A DNA stretch of 64,000 bases from Balanoglossus misakiensis (lineage: Eukaryota; Animalia; Hemichordata): NCBI GenBank assembly GCA_040954595.2, contig CM082581.2:13589921-13653920 (forward strand). The letters are read 5' to 3'. This document shows positions 60,535 through 64,000 of this stretch, piece after piece. Each line of letters starts with the position of its first letter. Within the stretch, counting starts at the first letter, position 1. The notes under the pieces were generated by a model. That model saw only the letters and a list, made by a program, of their open reading frames with translations, searched no databases and was not told the origin of the DNA. The position numbers and the translations under genes are program-made.

Positions 60535-63500
60535 TTAATGTTGGCTATCGCTGTATGTATTTCTTCTTATTCGAGAGAAAGCTGGTCCTCTTTGTATGTA
60601 GATTGAGCCATACGCTTTTTCTTGACTGAGGCGAAGGGTTCGAGTGACAGTAAAATCTGAAGAAAAAGACATTTTGAAAGGAGTTCAAATTTGAAATGTC
60701 ACATACAATGCTAACATGGACCAGGTTCTGGTTCGCAACATACCATGTATTGTTGTACTAACCATTGTTAGTGTTGACAAATGAATTTATGTGGGAACTT
60801 AAATTCAGTATTTTTTAACCGCAAAGACATCCATATTGCCCACTTACCCAGACAAGCTGAAAATATCTTGGCTGCAACGTTTCTTGCTGTAGTGGTTGGA
60901 ACCAGTTCCTTGAAAGTGATGGTGTCTTTCTCGTCTGTCAATTCACTAATTCTCCTACATGCACATACAAAATAGAACATTATAAGATTATTTCCAACTA
61001 CAATGCATTGATTTTTTATTGAAGATTCAGATTGGTCTATTTTGCTAGTTTCTTTTACAGAAAAACACTTGGATGTGTAATTTTTGTCATATATGACAGC
61101 CAATATTGTTGCATACACAAGCTCAGTAGCCCCAATTGGTGACACTTACAATGCACAACCATGGCTTTAATTCAGGGACACAAGGAATCATTCACATGAT
61201 CACAAAGGAAATACTAACGGAACCCTAAACATGTTCTTGAAAATAAAACCTGTATAATTAATGTAAAGTTGCATGCCTTAGAAGGTCAGAATGAGGAAGA
61301 ATTGGAGGGGATTTCTCTGCTGTTTCTATTTGATCTTCCATTCCAGGAACAATTGCAGGAGATTCTATTTCCAGATCCGGCAAAACCATTTCCGGCAGGG
61401 CTATCTCAGCGACAGGGATTTCAACTTCTTCCATCTCTACAATTCTCTGAAGGCTTGTGCCTGGCCTGAAATAAATCATGTTACAAACACATTTAAATAT
61501 TTATTGATAGACGGTAGACTTTCTACAATTGATTACAATTATTTTAATCCATGACTCATTCACTTTCTAATTTTGGTCTGGTAATAGCTTGTTTGCTATA
61601 ATTACAAGAGAACAATAGAAAGTGAATTATAAAATTCCGAGAGCGACTAATTATTGTAGCCTTGTTGGCTTTTCTGCATGAATATAAACCTTTAATTATT
61701 TGGATTACCTGATGGATGTGCTTGATAACTCTTGTGGAAAGCTAGTTGACATTTCTCTGGACTCCAATAACTGATGGCTGATGTCTGCAAAATTATGACA
61801 TTATTTCAAATATTCAGTCTTATAGGGACACAACTGTTCTGATAGTACGAGTCTTATATCATTTTGGTTATCAACATGAAAACTTTAACAAATCTCCCAT
61901 CTTCAGACAGTTTTAAAATACTATACCCGAGAGAGACAAACAAAAACAAACACATTTTATATTATCTGTGTTTTCAACATTTTGCTGCTATACACATAAA
62001 GGCCCTGCTTAAAGTGAAAGGTCAATTGAGGTCACTCACCCGAGGTTGACAGTGATACAGGAGTAACTTCCATGGCTGCAGAAGCATCAGCTCCAATTGA
62101 TACTCTTAATCTCTCTGGAGAACTCATCGAAGTTTCTTTGGGCTTTCTAGATTTCTGGCAGCAGGAATAACAAAGGAAAGATCAGTTTACTTGTTTTTTT
62201 ACAAAAACACTCATTCTTGAAAATTTGGACATACGAGATTTGATGAAGCTACTATTTGAAGTGCATCAATTTTATCAATCTCTATCCGATCATTATCAAT
62301 ACAAGTTTCAAACTTCTGCACCCTGATGAATATCCTCCTACATTAAGAAGAAATAAATAATTTTCACATCTGCAAGCGGCAGAATAAGTCCAATATATGT
62401 GATTCACCTCAACTGTGTCTTCCAATTCACTTTCTGTGGAGGAAACTGCCACGGCCGGTGATGACGATGTCCTTGGATGAAGATGTGCCACAGACCAGAT
62501 AGCTCTCTCTTCATCAGTGGATGGTGTCTCTTCTTCCATTGTCTTGCTGTTCCGCTTCCACAAATCGATCAGAGATGGGTGTAATCCTGCCAAAAAAATC
62601 AGTTTTCACTTTAAACCGATATGCCTTTCAATACCATGATTTGGTCCAAATCCAGTTTTCTATGGTATAGCATTAGTTGGACCTCTATATCAGAAAATAT
62701 TATGTAATATTGGATTAAGAGCCTTCAAGATTCACAAAAATCAACATTTTATTCCAACTTGGTTATTTTCCAGAACTCCAAAAATTCTGCCATTAAAAGA
62801 AATAATTTCAACTATACCAACTGTACATACCCTTTCTGCCCGGTTGTTCAAATAACTGTTTGACTGTTGGATATTTCGGAATCTTTGCATATTGCTGAAA
62901 ATAATAAACAGAAATGATTTATTAATAATATCACTAATCAATGTCAATTTTTATCTTCTGACTTGCAAATTTTTTTCCCACTTTAAGTCAAGTCAGTGTT
63001 TTGCAAACAGAAAGACAAATATGTTGGAAAACTTTTATTGAACAATCAAGTAAAAACAGGCTGAGATACAAGTACAATTATTATTTGCTCAAAACCATGG
63101 CTGCATTTTCAACTTCCACGACAAATACAAAAAGGGAAAGTACTTACTATCGGTGAACACAACTCGTTGGAAGTTTTAAAGTTATTCGTTAGTTCTTCCT
63201 TTGTTAGCTGTATAGTGGTATCAGCAAAGACCAGTCTTCGAGCTTTCTTTCCCTTCCTAGTTTTGGGAGGAGATTCTACAGGTTCCTCCAGATGTGACAA
63301 TTCCAATAGGTGTAGTCTCCGCTGTAGAACAAGACAATCAGGCGGAAAATCAAAGTGATTTTTATGAAGAGGGTGAACAAAAAGACTTTGCACGCACAAT
63401 AATATAGAATAGAATTGAAAGGTTTGTGGGGGGACTACGATTCTTCTTCTGAAAATCTGTCCCCAAGGTTCGTACTATGAAACTAAGCTTCCTAAACTTT

Positions 63501-63936
63501 ACACAGTCAGTTACTCACTTTGACAGCAGCTGATGTTGGAGTGACCATGTCCATCTCAGTCGGTTGGTCCTCCTGCTGTGGTGATGACAAGCCAACACCT
63601 GGTGGTGTAGTGACATCAACACCTGGTGGTGTAGTGACATCAACACCAGGTGCAGAAATGTCACCAGGTGGCTCAGGAACATCTACAGGTGGCTCTTCCT
63701 TAATATCTTCCAATTTGATGTCAGTCAAATCACCGGCCCGTCTTATCCTAGCTGTTTCCTCATCATCCGATATGTCCGATACCCTTGGCTTCTTCCTGCT
63801 CTTTCGTTTCTCCTTCTCATCCTTCTTTCTCTTGGGAGGCAAGATACCAGTCATGGGAGACAGACTTGAAGACAGTACAAGATCACCAGTGATTGGGTGA
63901 ATCACCCATACATCTTCCCCTTCTTCCATAGGTGTG
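60535..63936 (-). CDS. REC8: Rad21/Rec8-family kleisin, REC8-like meiotic cohesin subunit; 3' exons only
   Basis: Exons include 63936-63519, ~63322-63147 (RRLVFADTTIQLTKEEL), 61784-61709, 61465-61277, 60954-60848 (ITFKELVPTTTARNVAAKIFSACL) and 60656-60535 (LRLSQEKAYGSIYIQRGPAF...*). The last two match the kleisin C-terminal winged helix, and QEKAYG resembles REC8 QEKPYG. Confidence 0.82.
62624..62690 (+). mobile_element. Degenerate copy of the 85-bp MITE
   Basis: CCTTTCAATACCATGATTTGGTCCAAATCCAGTTTTCTATGGT...TTGGACCTCT aligns with the MITE interior. Confidence 0.5.
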
Positions 63937-64000
63937 CTGGAATAAACAAAATAAAAATTAGTATCATAAATTCAAACGAAAATGTCAAAATCGACCAAAA

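Noticed and set aside
63590-63650. 24-bp repeat in a REC8-like exon (PGVDVTTP twice)
   Set aside because: Ordinary short duplication in the low-complexity kleisin linker.

Overview
Intron-rich animal genomic DNA, AT-rich and probably from a marine invertebrate. Four spliced protein-coding genes are supported: an ABCA2-like full transporter (+, 2456-20751, 5' end not seen), MRPS26 (-, 24409-25552), a complete 9-exon AKR1-family aldo-keto reductase (-, 26244-59450, 314 aa) and the 3' part of a REC8-like kleisin (-, 60535 to beyond the window). The main observation is AKR intron 5 (31927-58100, 26,174 nt). All but 26 nt of it is a palindromic array of about 300 copies of an 87-bp monomer: a left arm of about 185 copies, an 8-nt centre at 48030-48037 and an inverted right arm of about 115 copies. 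Both ends break at the same monomer position (TATAGCTCA...TGAGCTATA), 15 nt from the acceptor and 11 nt from the donor, like a foldback-type element. The pre-mRNA could form a roughly 10-kb hairpin that brings the splice sites together. The giant ORFs across this array are repeat artefacts. The array also preserves a TA-to-TACATGTA change matching a Tc1/mariner excision footprint. AKR intron 8 holds a repeat-built region that looks like a spliced antisense non-coding unit.
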